Part shown: positions 14,853-23,230 of the stretch, in pieces
How the letters are laid out: the number at the start of each line of letters is the position of its first letter
How positions within the stretch are numbered: the stretch's first letter is position 1
Source of the DNA: Porcipelethomonas ammoniilytica
GTDB lineage: Bacteria; Bacillota; Clostridia; Oscillospirales; Ruminococcaceae
Direction of reading: 5' to 3'
DNA: 24,000 bases
Assembly (NCBI RefSeq): GCF_025567485.1
Contig: NZ_JAOQKH010000002.1
Span: 70,949 to 94,948 of the forward strand
The notes under the pieces: generated by a model
Database searches by the model: none
What the model was told of the DNA's origin: nothing
What the model saw: the letters and a program-made list of their open reading frames with translations, nothing else
Translations under genes and position numbers: made by a program

Positions 14853-15647
14853 ATGTTGAATTTTAAAAAGATAACTGCGGCAGCAGTGTGCTGTGTGCTT
14901 TTTACAGCTTTTGCGTCAGGCTGCGGCGATGATGCGTCAGGAAGTTCAGAAAAAGGAAGCGGCAGTGAAGCTTCATCAGTTTCGTCTACTCAGACTGAAG
15001 CCGGTAAGGTCTTAAATTTTACCGCTCCGGAAAAAGGCGAGGAAATTGCCGTATTGACTATCAAGGATTACGGAGATATCAAGATCAAGCTTTTTCCTGA
15101 AGAAGCTGAAAAAGGTGTTGAGAACTTTACAGGTCTTGCAAAGGACGGTTATTACGATAATCTGATATTCCACAGAGTTATAAATGATTTTATGATTCAG
15201 GGCGGCGATCCGTTGGGAAACGGTACCGGCGGAGAATCCATTTGGGGCGATAAGTTTGACGGAGGAACTTCCGAAAATCTTATCCATACCGCAGGGGCTG
15301 TGGCTTATGCAAACAGCGGAAGTACTTCAACAAACGGCAGTCAGTTTTATATAGTGACCGGTACTAAGTATGAGGAGGCCGATCTTACTCAGATGGCGGA
15401 GTATTATGGTTTGACTCTGAGTGACGAAGCAAAGAAAATTTATACGGAAGACGGAGGAACGCCGTGGCTTGACGGAGGATATACTGTTTTCGGTCAGGTG
15501 TTTGACGGTCTTGATATTGTTTTTGAGCTTCAGAAAGCTGCTACAGACAGTTCCGATAAACCGGAAACCGACATTGTTATAGAAAAAATCTCCATTGAAA
15601 AGTATGACGGCGAGGACGTTAAATTTCATATGAGCGATTATAAGTAA
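14853..15647 (+). CDS. peptidyl-prolyl cis-trans isomerase, cyclophilin type, lipoprotein
   Basis: 264 aa with lipobox FASG-C and an S/G-rich linker. The canonical motifs are present: FHRVINDFMIQGGDPLGNGTGGESIWG, ANSGSTSTNGSQFYIV and YTVFGQV. Confidence 0.92.
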   Translation: MLNFKKITAAAVCCVLFTAFASGCGDDASGSSEKGSGSEASSVSSTQTEAGKVLNFTAPEKGEEIAVLTIKDYGDIKIKLFPEEAEKGVENFTGLAKDGYYDNLIFHRVINDFMIQGGDPLGNGTGGESIWGDKFDGGTSENLIHTAGAVAYANSGSTSTNGSQFYIVTGTKYEEADLTQMAEYYGLTLSDEAKKIYTEDGGTPWLDGGYTVFGQVFDGLDIVFELQKAATDSSDKPETDIVIEKISIEKYDGEDVKFHMSDYK

Positions 15648-15862
15648 GTTATTTATATTTAATTATTAAATAAATATTTTTATTATTTTAAAAATGTGCA
15701 CAAACATTTTTCCGTCCGGAAAAAATCAGAATTTTCGCCTGCAAGAAAATCTGTACTTTTTTATAAATAAAAGGATATTTTTCCGATTCGGGCTTATAAT
15801 AAAAAAGGTGAAGAAAAAGAAGAGGGTATTCGTCTGCACGGATATCTTAAGGAGAGAAAATC

Positions 15863-17146
15863 TTGGAAAAATTTGTTGTTAAGGGCGGTCGCTGTCTGCA
15901 TGGCGAAGTCGAAATCAGCGGAGCTAAAAACGCTGCCGTTGGAATTATACCGGCTGTAATACTGTCCGATGAACCTTGTATTCTTGAAAATGTACCGGAT
16001 ATAAGTGACGTTTCAATAAGTCTGAGAATTCTTTATGAAATGGGCGCGCAGGTACAAACCATCAGCAGAAACACATTCAGAATCGACGCAAGCAGGATCA
16101 ATAATTTTTGTGTGCCTTATGAAAGCGCAAGACAGATGAGAGCTTCTTATTATTTTCTCGGAGCGTTGCTGGGAAAATTCAATAAGGCGAGAGTTTCAAT
16201 GCCGGGAGGATGTCCTTTGGGAGATCGTCCTATCGATCAGCATCTGAAAGCGTTTTCCGCATTGGGTGCGAATTGCAATCTTGATCATGGTATGATCGAC
16301 GTAACTGCCGACAGTCTTAGAGGAAATCAGATCTATCTGGACGTTGTTTCTGTAGGCGCAACAATGAACGCAATGCTTGCCGCTGTAAAAGCAAAGGGAC
16401 TGAGCATCATTGAAAACGCAGCAAAAGAACCGCATATTGTCGATCTTGCTAATTTCCTGAACTCAATGGGAGCAGACATCATGGGTGCCGGAACTGATGT
16501 AATTAAAATCAGGGGCGTTGACTATTTGAGAGGTACTACTTATTCTGTAATTCCGGATCAGATCGAAGCGGGTACATTTATGGTTGCAGCAGCAGCTACT
16601 GGCGGAGACATTCTTGTAAAAAACGTTATTCCAAAGCATCTTGAATCAATAACAAACAAGCTTGAAAAAATCGGTGTTAATATCGAAGAATTTGATGACA
16701 GTGTAAGAGTATGGGTCGATGGACCTTTGGTTAAAACTAATATTAAAACCATGCCTCACCCTGGATTTCCTACAGATATGCAGCCGCAGATGGCTACATT
16801 GCTTACTCTTGCTGAAGGAACCAGTATTATTACAGAAGGTGTCTGGGAACAGCGTTTCCGTTATGTTGACGAACTCAGAAGAATGGGCGCCGATATTTCA
16901 GTAGATGGAAAGGTTGCAGTAATTGAGGGCACAGGCTGTTTACAAGGCGCACCTGTTAAAGCATGTGATTTGAGAGCCGGTGCGGCACTGATTATTGCAG
17001 GACTTGCAGCTACCGGTGTTACTGAAGTGGAAGATATTCATCATATTGAACGTGGATATGATAATCTTGACAAAAAGCTTCAAATGTTAGGTGCAGATAT
17101 TGTTAAAAAGCATTTTCCGGGAGCGTCGGTTAAAAAAGCTTTATAG
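15863..17146 (+). CDS. murA: UDP-N-acetylglucosamine 1-carboxyvinyltransferase
   Basis: 427 aa with a TTG start and AAGGAGAG upstream. It has EISGAKNAA near the N-terminus and the active-site loop MPGGCPLGDRPIDQH, with Cys at the position equivalent to E. coli C115. Confidence 0.95.
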   Translation: MEKFVVKGGRCLHGEVEISGAKNAAVGIIPAVILSDEPCILENVPDISDVSISLRILYEMGAQVQTISRNTFRIDASRINNFCVPYESARQMRASYYFLGALLGKFNKARVSMPGGCPLGDRPIDQHLKAFSALGANCNLDHGMIDVTADSLRGNQIYLDVVSVGATMNAMLAAVKAKGLSIIENAAKEPHIVDLANFLNSMGADIMGAGTDVIKIRGVDYLRGTTYSVIPDQIEAGTFMVAAAATGGDILVKNVIPKHLESITNKLEKIGVNIEEFDDSVRVWVDGPLVKTNIKTMPHPGFPTDMQPQMATLLTLAEGTSIITEGVWEQRFRYVDELRRMGADISVDGKVAVIEGTGCLQGAPVKACDLRAGAALIIAGLAATGVTEVEDIHHIERGYDNLDKKLQMLGADIVKKHFPGASVKKAL

Positions 17147-17150
17147 TTAA

Positions 17151-17282
17151 GAATTTGTTCGCATAGGTTGCTGTGCTTCAGATTTTGCTGATTACAGCGC
17201 TGCAAAATTTTTGTTAGGTAAGTTTGTAATTTTGCGCCTTGTACTCAACAAAATTATGCACAAATCCTATGAAAACAAGTTC
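17151..17282 (+). other. long imperfect inverted repeat (~132 nt hairpin) between the murA stop and its terminator
   Basis: Outer arms are GAATTTGTTCGCATAGG (17151-17167) and CCTATGAAAACAAGTTC (17266-17282). The inner arms include GCAAAATT and its perfect complement AATTTTGC. By-eye alignment of the two ~60-nt arms gives roughly two thirds paired, with bulges. Confidence 0.6.
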
Positions 17283-17287
17283 TGATG

Positions 17288-17309
17288 GGCGGATTTTTCC
17301 GCCTTTTTT
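17288..17309 (+). terminator. rho-independent terminator of murA
   Basis: GGCGGA (17288-17293), loop TTTT, TCCGCC (17298-17303), followed by 6 T. Confidence 0.85.
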
Positions 17310-17334
17310 AATTTAGAAGAAAAAGGTGAATAAA

Positions 17335-18117
17335 ATGGCTAGGATATATCCTCTTTTCAGTTCCAGTAAAGGTAATTCCACATTTATCGGAGAACCCGGC
17401 GGCGGCATACTTATTGACGCCGGCGTTTCATTTAAGAAGCTGACCGCAGCACTTGCGGACAGCGGTCTTTCTCTTGCATCAATAAAAGGTATTTTTATAA
17501 CTCACAGTCATTCCGACCATGTAAAAGGACTTAAAATGCTGACTAAAAAAACCGGTCTGCCGGTTTTCGGGCAAAGAGAAACTCTTGAGGAATTGATATC
17601 CGGCGAGATGATAGCTCCGGCTTGTGAGGTATATGAGCTAGACAGTCCCGCAGCGGTGGCAGATATGGAAATAAGCTGTTTTGATACTCCTCATGATACG
17701 GTCCGAAGCTGCGGTTATCGTGTAAAAACCTCTGACGGACGTGTATGCGCTGTATGTACCGATTTGGGATATGTTACCGATACTGTCAGAGAGAACCTTA
17801 ACGGTTGTAATCTTGTCTTGCTGGAATCAAATTATGACGAAAAAATGCTGGCTTCAGGACCATACCCATATTACTTAAAAGAAAGAATACGTTCAAAGCG
17901 TGGACATCTTTCAAATACAGATTGTTCTATGCAGTCGGCTGAATTAATAAGACAGGGGACAACTCATATTATTTTAGGTCATCTTAGTCAGGAAAACAAT
18001 ACGCCTTATATGGCTGATAAGATAGTTGAGACCGGACTTAAAGAGTTCTGTAGAAACAAAGATTACATATTAGAGGTCGCACCTGTTGAAACAAACGGAA
18101 AAATGGTGGTATTCTAA
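17335..18117 (+). CDS. MBL-fold metallo-hydrolase (YycJ/WalJ-like)
   Basis: HxHxDH motif (THSHSDH). I prefer the ATG at 17335 (MARIYPLFSSSKGNSTFIG), with AAAGGTG upstream, over the ORF-track GTG at 17326. The gene sits next to rlmH, as it does in many Firmicutes. Confidence 0.85.
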   Translation: MARIYPLFSSSKGNSTFIGEPGGGILIDAGVSFKKLTAALADSGLSLASIKGIFITHSHSDHVKGLKMLTKKTGLPVFGQRETLEELISGEMIAPACEVYELDSPAAVADMEISCFDTPHDTVRSCGYRVKTSDGRVCAVCTDLGYVTDTVRENLNGCNLVLLESNYDEKMLASGPYPYYLKERIRSKRGHLSNTDCSMQSAELIRQGTTHIILGHLSQENNTPYMADKIVETGLKEFCRNKDYILEVAPVETNGKMVVF

Positions 18118-18593
18118 TGCTTAATATAAAAATAATAACTGTTGGAAGGCTTAAAGAAAAATATCTCAGGGACGCTTGCGGAGAATATCTTAAACGGCTT
18201 AAAAGATTCGGGAATGTTCAGGTAATTGAATTGGACGAATACCGTCTTTCGGATAATCCGTCGGATAGGGAAATTGAAAAGGCTTTGGAAATAGAGGGAA
18301 ACAACATACTAAAAGAGGCTAAAGGTTATCTGATAGCTATGTGTATTGAAGGGAAACAGCTATCCAGCGTTAAGCTTGCGGAGAAAATTTCACAGATCTC
18401 CGTTGATGGACAAAGTAATATTTCATTTATTATCGGCAGTTCCTTTGGTATTGCAGAAAATGTAAAGAAAAAAGTGGATTTTAAGCTTTCAATGTCTGAT
18501 ATGACTTTTCCTCATCAGCTTGCAAGAGTTATGCTGTTAGAACAAATCTATCGTGCTTTTCAGATTAACAATAATGGTAAATACCATAAGTAG
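18117..18593 (+). CDS. rlmH: 23S rRNA (pseudouridine1915-N3)-methyltransferase RlmH
   Basis: 158 aa SPOUT-family protein. It begins IKIITVGRLKEKYLRDACGEYLKRL and ends SMSDMTFPHQLARVMLLEQIYRAF. The ATG overlaps the upstream stop (TAATG). Confidence 0.9.
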   Translation: MLNIKIITVGRLKEKYLRDACGEYLKRLKRFGNVQVIELDEYRLSDNPSDREIEKALEIEGNNILKEAKGYLIAMCIEGKQLSSVKLAEKISQISVDGQSNISFIIGSSFGIAENVKKKVDFKLSMSDMTFPHQLARVMLLEQIYRAFQINNNGKYHK

Positions 18594-18642
18594 TAAGCTG
18601 AAAATTTATCTACAGCTTTTTCCAAGCTAAATAAGATTAAGG

Positions 18643-18671
18643 TTGAAAAATTAAATAAAACCTGCTATAAT
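18643..18671 (+). promoter_or_regulatory. sigma-A type promoter for pssA-psd
   Basis: TTGAAA 18643-18648, 17-nt spacer, TATAAT 18666-18671. Confidence 0.65.
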
Positions 18672-18707
18672 ATATATTATATGTTTTTATTTTTAAGGGG
18701 AATTTAA

Positions 18708-19334
18708 ATGATTGGTTTTTATAATTATACAGTAATTTTGACATACATAGGTCTTGCTTCTGCAATTACGGGAATTTACATTGCTATGGACGGCAGGCAT
18801 ATACTTTTCTCAGTTATTGCTCTGATGATTGCAGGACTGTGCGATATGTTTGACGGTAAGATAGCCAGAACCCGCAAAAGAACTGAACCGGAGAAACGCT
18901 TTGGAATACAGATAGATTCGCTCTGCGACCTTATATGTTTCGGACTGCTTCCGGGAGCTATCGGGTACGCAATAGGCATGAGAGAAGTTTATCACATTGC
19001 AATTCTGATTTTATTTACTCTTGCGGCAGTTATACGCCTTGCGTATTTTAATGTAATGGAAGAAGAACGTCAAAGTAAAACTGAAGAAAACCGTAAAACC
19101 TATGAGGGACTTCCTGTTACAAGCGTATCCTTGATCTTGCCTTTGTTTTACAGCTTTCGCAGGGATATAGGCCGTATTTTTCCGGATCTATATGCTTTTT
19201 TGCTTTTAATTATTGCGATAGCGTTTGTAACGCGCATTAAGCTTAAAAAGCCGAAAATGAAAACCATGCTGATTTTTGTCGGTGTTGGAGGACTTGAATT
19301 TTTATGGCTGCTATTTAAATACAAGATAAAATAA
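18708..19334 (+). CDS. pssA: CDP-diacylglycerol--serine O-phosphatidyltransferase (CDP-alcohol phosphatidyltransferase family)
   Basis: 208-aa polytopic membrane protein. Family motif DMFDGKIAR...G(IQI)D(SLC)D. It lies directly upstream of psd. Confidence 0.85.
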   Translation: MIGFYNYTVILTYIGLASAITGIYIAMDGRHILFSVIALMIAGLCDMFDGKIARTRKRTEPEKRFGIQIDSLCDLICFGLLPGAIGYAIGMREVYHIAILILFTLAAVIRLAYFNVMEEERQSKTEENRKTYEGLPVTSVSLILPLFYSFRRDIGRIFPDLYAFLLLIIAIAFVTRIKLKKPKMKTMLIFVGVGGLEFLWLLFKYKIK

Positions 19335-19345
19335 CGGAGATTTTT

Positions 19346-20212
19346 ATGGAAATAAAGGACAGGCAAGGAAATATAATTTTGTCGGACAAAGGACAGGATA
19401 ATATGCTTGAACGGCTCTACCGTACTGTCGGCGGAAGTATAGCTTTAAAGGGACTGACTGCGCCGTTAGTTTCCAAAGCTGCAGGTCGTTTCTGCGATTC
19501 AATTCTGTCTGCGAAACTGATACCTTCATTTATTGAAAAAGCGGGTATAGATTTAACTGAATATGAGTCCGGTTATTATCGTTCTTTCAATGATTTCTTT
19601 ACAAGAAAAATTAAAACAGATGCAAGACCTGTAAATATGAATCCAAACGTCTTGATAAGTCCATGCGATTCAAAGCTTACAGTGTATAAAATCGGCGAAA
19701 ACAGCCGTTTTATGATAAAAGGCACTGAATACGGAGTATCGTCGTTTTTAAGATGTGCAAAACTTGCGGAAAAGTATAAGGACGGTTGGTTTATGATATT
19801 TCGTCTTGGCGTTTCTGATTATCATAGATACATTTATATAGACGACGGCTGCAAATCAAAAAATATTCATATTCAGGGTATTTATCATACAGTAAACCCC
19901 ATAGCCCTTGAAAAAGCCGATATTTACAAGGAAAATACGAGGGAATTTACCGTTTTGCATACTAAAAATTTCGGGAAGGTGATTCATGCCGAGGTAGGCG
20001 CAATGCTGGTGGGAAGAATAAAAAATCATCATGAAAAATATAAATTTTTAAGAGGTGAGGAAAAGGGAATGTTTGAATACGGCGGTTCGACTGTCGTACT
20101 GATTTTTCCTCCCGATACAGTTATTCCCGACAGTGATATATTAAAAAATACAAACGACGGGTTTGAAACCGTTGTAAAAATAGGTGAAAGAATCGGTATT
20201 AAGAAAGGATAA
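19346..20212 (+). CDS. psd: phosphatidylserine decarboxylase proenzyme
   Basis: 288 aa with the G-S-T self-cleavage motif in FEYGGSTVVLIF and the conserved FFTRKIK and SPCDSKL regions. Confidence 0.9.
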   Translation: MEIKDRQGNIILSDKGQDNMLERLYRTVGGSIALKGLTAPLVSKAAGRFCDSILSAKLIPSFIEKAGIDLTEYESGYYRSFNDFFTRKIKTDARPVNMNPNVLISPCDSKLTVYKIGENSRFMIKGTEYGVSSFLRCAKLAEKYKDGWFMIFRLGVSDYHRYIYIDDGCKSKNIHIQGIYHTVNPIALEKADIYKENTREFTVLHTKNFGKVIHAEVGAMLVGRIKNHHEKYKFLRGEEKGMFEYGGSTVVLIFPPDTVIPDSDILKNTNDGFETVVKIGERIGIKKG

Positions 20213-20216
20213 GAAA

Positions 20217-22349
20217 ATGAAAAACAAAAAGAAAAGCAGACGCTTGATAATTGCCGCTGTTGTATCTGCATTGATACTTACAACCGGCGTATCGTTTACA
20301 GGCTGTAAGGAAAAATCAGATGAACCGTCGGTTTCTGAGACTTCAGCATCGGAATCGGAAACTGTTGAGGAAACTACGGAAGCTCCTACAGAACCTACTA
20401 CAGAAGCTACAACCACTACTGAGCATGTAAGTCCAATAGAAAACGTGAACTTTTCAATGGGCAGTGAAAAAAGCGACATAAACGAAATAATGGACTATGA
20501 CAGTAATAAAACCTATAAGGCAAAGCTAAATGAGTTTGTCAGAGAGGGTGACAAAATAGATTCATTTATTTTTGTTTTCTATGCCGAGGACGGCTCTTCA
20601 AATATAAGCAGCTATAAGGGTGCATGCGGAATTTCAGTTGACAATTCCTGTCCGGCTGCTACTGACGACGGATGGTATCAGTCTGACGATTTTGAAATGG
20701 ACGTTAACAGTGCATATCTTGAGGTTAAATGGGATGTTCCCTCAGAAATCAGAGATTACATAAATACCGGAGATAAGGGAAGTATCGAAGTAGGCTATTG
20801 GTGGGGCGGTCTGCAAAAGCTCAGACTGTCAAGCATTATCTGCAATTACACTACAAGCGCAGATATACCGGTAGACGGTACGAAAACAATTGAACCTAAT
20901 AAGACGCTGAATTACGGCAGAGAAGCGGAAAAAACTGCAAGAATCCCGCTTTCTGATATGATCTCAGATGGAGATATTCCTCAGTACTTTGAATTTAATG
21001 TTGAAGCCGATGGAGAACTCCAGAAATATGCCGGCGCTTTTGGTATCTCAGTTGACGATTCCTGTCCTGACAAGACAGATAAAAGCTGGTATCAGAGCGG
21101 AAATATTGCTGTAATGACTAATTCAAACAACGCTACACTTTACTGGCTTGTACCTGATGAAATCAAGGAGTATATTTCGTCAGGCGGAGACGTTATGTTA
21201 GGTTACTGGTGGAGTCAGCAAGATACTGTAAACCTGAAATCTGTTACTGTTAAGTACAGCAATAACGGTTCTTCTCCGGCAGTACAGACAAATGCGGATA
21301 CCAATGATAAACCTAAGGAAAACAACAACAGCAGTTCAGCTGGAAAATCTTCAGCAGAAATAGTAAAAGATATGAAAATCGGCTGGAATCTGGGAAATAC
21401 TCTGGATTGTTATGATTATTCCGACTATGCCACCGACGGCGAAACTGCGTGGGGCAATCCTAAGACTACTAAATCCATGATCGATACAGTCAAGGCGGCA
21501 GGTTTTAATGCGGTGAGAATTCCTGTATCTTGGAATGATCATATGAACGGCGATACGATCGACAGTGCCTGGATGGATAGAGTAAATGAAGTTGTGGACT
21601 ATGCTATTGATAACGGTATGTATGTTATTTTAAATGTTCACCACGATGATTATACATGGCTGAATCCTTCTAAGGCTGACGAATCAAAGGTAAAGGCACG
21701 ATTGACAAAAATCTGGGAACAGATTGCGTCACGTTTTAAGGACTATGATGAACATCTTCTTTTTGAAGGTATGAATGAACCGAGAATTGTAGGCGGTCAG
21801 GATGAATGGACAGGCGGTACTGAAGAAGAGCGTGAAGTTATTAACAATTTGTTTGCTGCATTTGTGGAAACTGTAAGAAAATCAGGCGGAAATAATGCGA
21901 CACGTTCGCTTATTATCACAGGTCATGCGGCAGCAATTGATGAAAAGGCTGTTAAGGGTATAAAAGTACCTGATGATGATCACATTATAGTTTCTATTCA
22001 TGCTTATGCTCCTTATAGCTTTGCACTTGATCAGAACGGTACTTCAACTTTTTCTGACTCGGATAAATCGGAGCTTGACAAGAATTTTGACTTTTTAAAG
22101 TCCACATTTATTGATAAGGGAGTACCTGTTATAATCGGTGAATTCGGCTCTTTAAATAAAGATAATATGAGCGACCGTGTTAAGCACATGGAATATTATG
22201 TAAGTGCGGCAAAGGCAAGAGGTATTACTTGCTTTATCTGGGATAACGGTGTAAAGGACGGCGAAGGTGCGTTCGGGTTGCTTAACAGAAAAGACGGTTC
22301 ATGGTACTTTAAGGATATAGTGGATGCGGCTATGAATGGACTTGAATAA
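20217..22349 (+). CDS. lipoprotein glycoside hydrolase family 5 (endoglucanase/glycanase) with two tandem uncharacterised N-terminal modules
   Basis: I prefer the ATG at 20217 (MKNKKKSRRL...FTG-C lipobox), with AAAGGA 7 nt upstream. A T/E/S-rich linker follows. Two ~125-aa homologous modules sit at nt ~20436-20849 and ~20865-21257. The GH5 domain runs from ~21345, with GWNLGNTLD, NVHHD, the acid/base FEGMNEPR, SIHAYAPY and the nucleophile IGEFG. Confidence 0.88.
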   Translation: MKNKKKSRRLIIAAVVSALILTTGVSFTGCKEKSDEPSVSETSASESETVEETTEAPTEPTTEATTTTEHVSPIENVNFSMGSEKSDINEIMDYDSNKTYKAKLNEFVREGDKIDSFIFVFYAEDGSSNISSYKGACGISVDNSCPAATDDGWYQSDDFEMDVNSAYLEVKWDVPSEIRDYINTGDKGSIEVGYWWGGLQKLRLSSIICNYTTSADIPVDGTKTIEPNKTLNYGREAEKTARIPLSDMISDGDIPQYFEFNVEADGELQKYAGAFGISVDDSCPDKTDKSWYQSGNIAVMTNSNNATLYWLVPDEIKEYISSGGDVMLGYWWSQQDTVNLKSVTVKYSNNGSSPAVQTNADTNDKPKENNNSSSAGKSSAEIVKDMKIGWNLGNTLDCYDYSDYATDGETAWGNPKTTKSMIDTVKAAGFNAVRIPVSWNDHMNGDTIDSAWMDRVNEVVDYAIDNGMYVILNVHHDDYTWLNPSKADESKVKARLTKIWEQIASRFKDYDEHLLFEGMNEPRIVGGQDEWTGGTEEEREVINNLFAAFVETVRKSGGNNATRSLIITGHAAAIDEKAVKGIKVPDDDHIIVSIHAYAPYSFALDQNGTSTFSDSDKSELDKNFDFLKSTFIDKGVPVIIGEFGSLNKDNMSDRVKHMEYYVSAAKARGITCFIWDNGVKDGEGAFGLLNRKDGSWYFKDIVDAAMNGLE

Positions 22350-22353
22350 AAAT

Positions 22354-22384
22354 AAAAGACGGCTTAAGCCGTCTTTTTGTTTTA
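22354..22384. terminator. bidirectional rho-independent terminator
   Basis: AAAAGACGGC (22354-22363), loop TTAA, GCCGTCTTTT (22368-22377), then TGTTTT. It is shared by the convergent GH5 (+) and lipoprotein (-) genes. Confidence 0.85.
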
Positions 22385-22963
22385 AAACACAAAATCCTCT
22401 GCATAAGTTAAAATTTCTTCCTCAGATAAGTTTCCGGGTACTTGAAAATATATTTTTGTATCTTCATCATACATAAATTCTAAAGCAGTAGTCATACCAT
22501 CGGTTGAATAAAGAGCCTGTCTACCAAATGCGTTTACTTCAATATAATCAAGCATAAATTCTTCTTCAACATTAGATCTACAGCTTTTTACCATTGATTC
22601 AAAATCATGATAATAAGTACGGCAGGTTGCAGAATAGACTATAGTATTACCGGAAGCGATTTCTTTAAAAGCAACTGAATATCCGCTTCGATAAGTTTCT
22701 GCTTGACAAAATTCATATTTTTCTTCATCATATTCCGGTACAGCATATGATGAACGTGTTTTATTGCTGTTTAAAAAAGCTGTCATGGTTTCAAAAGAGA
22801 CTTTATCATTTTCGAGAGCGCACAGATTATCGTTTATTTCTGTTGTTAATTCTGATGATGAACTATTAGTTTCTGTTTGTGATATTTCTGTGTTATTTTT
22901 TTTGCTACCACAGCCGGAGAGAATAATTGAAGTTATAAAAAGAATAGGTATTAATTTTTTCAT
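22382..22963 (-). CDS. hypothetical lipoprotein
   Basis: 193 aa. Signal peptide MKKLIPILFITSIILSG-C with a canonical lipobox, followed by an S/T/E-rich linker. No family recognised. Confidence 0.6.
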   Translation of the reverse strand: MKKLIPILFITSIILSGCGSKKNNTEISQTETNSSSSELTTEINDNLCALENDKVSFETMTAFLNSNKTRSSYAVPEYDEEKYEFCQAETYRSGYSVAFKEIASGNTIVYSATCRTYYHDFESMVKSCRSNVEEEFMLDYIEVNAFGRQALYSTDGMTTALEFMYDEDTKIYFQVPGNLSEEEILTYAEDFVF

Positions 22964-23184
22964 GTTAATATTCTCTTACTTTTCATGTATGATTAAACTT
23001 ACTGTTGTTGTTCTTTAAAATTTCTTTTAAATATTATTTTTATTATATAAAATACTATATTGATATTATATCAGTAAAAAGAAATTAAGTCAATTATTGG
23101 GAGTTACCAAAATTTTAAAAATTATTTATATAATATTGCTAATAATTTAAGCTGTTTTTTACTGTATTATGGTAATAAAGTTTA

Positions 23185-23214
23185 TAATTAAAATTGCCGG
23201 AGATTCTTTATAAA
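23185..23214 (-). terminator. hairpin terminator downstream of thiC
   Basis: TGCCGGAGATT (23185-23195) pairs with AATCTCCGGCA (23204-23214), an 11-bp perfect stem, 17 nt after the thiC stop. The minus-strand tail AAUUUUAAUU is only moderately U-rich. Confidence 0.6.
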
Positions 23215-23230
23215 ATCTCCGGCATAAATT

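Noticed and set aside
15708-15727. TTTTTCCG-TC-CGGAAAAA palindrome after the second cyclophilin gene, considered as a terminator
   Set aside because: The stem is almost entirely A-U, the loop is too small, and no U-tail follows. It is not convincing as an intrinsic terminator.
15694-15882. 62-aa plus-strand ORF upstream of and overlapping the murA start
   Set aside because: It is A/T-rich intergenic sequence with no RBS. It overlaps the murA RBS and start in another frame.
18117-18119. TAATG stop/start overlap between the MBL hydrolase and rlmH
   Set aside because: The overlap is real, but it is ordinary translational coupling and not noteworthy.
20141-20479. 112-aa minus-strand ORF antisense to the psd end and GH5 start
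   Set aside because: It is the shadow of the T/E/S-rich linker of the GH5 lipoprotein (a repetitive V/S/A translation) and has no start signals.
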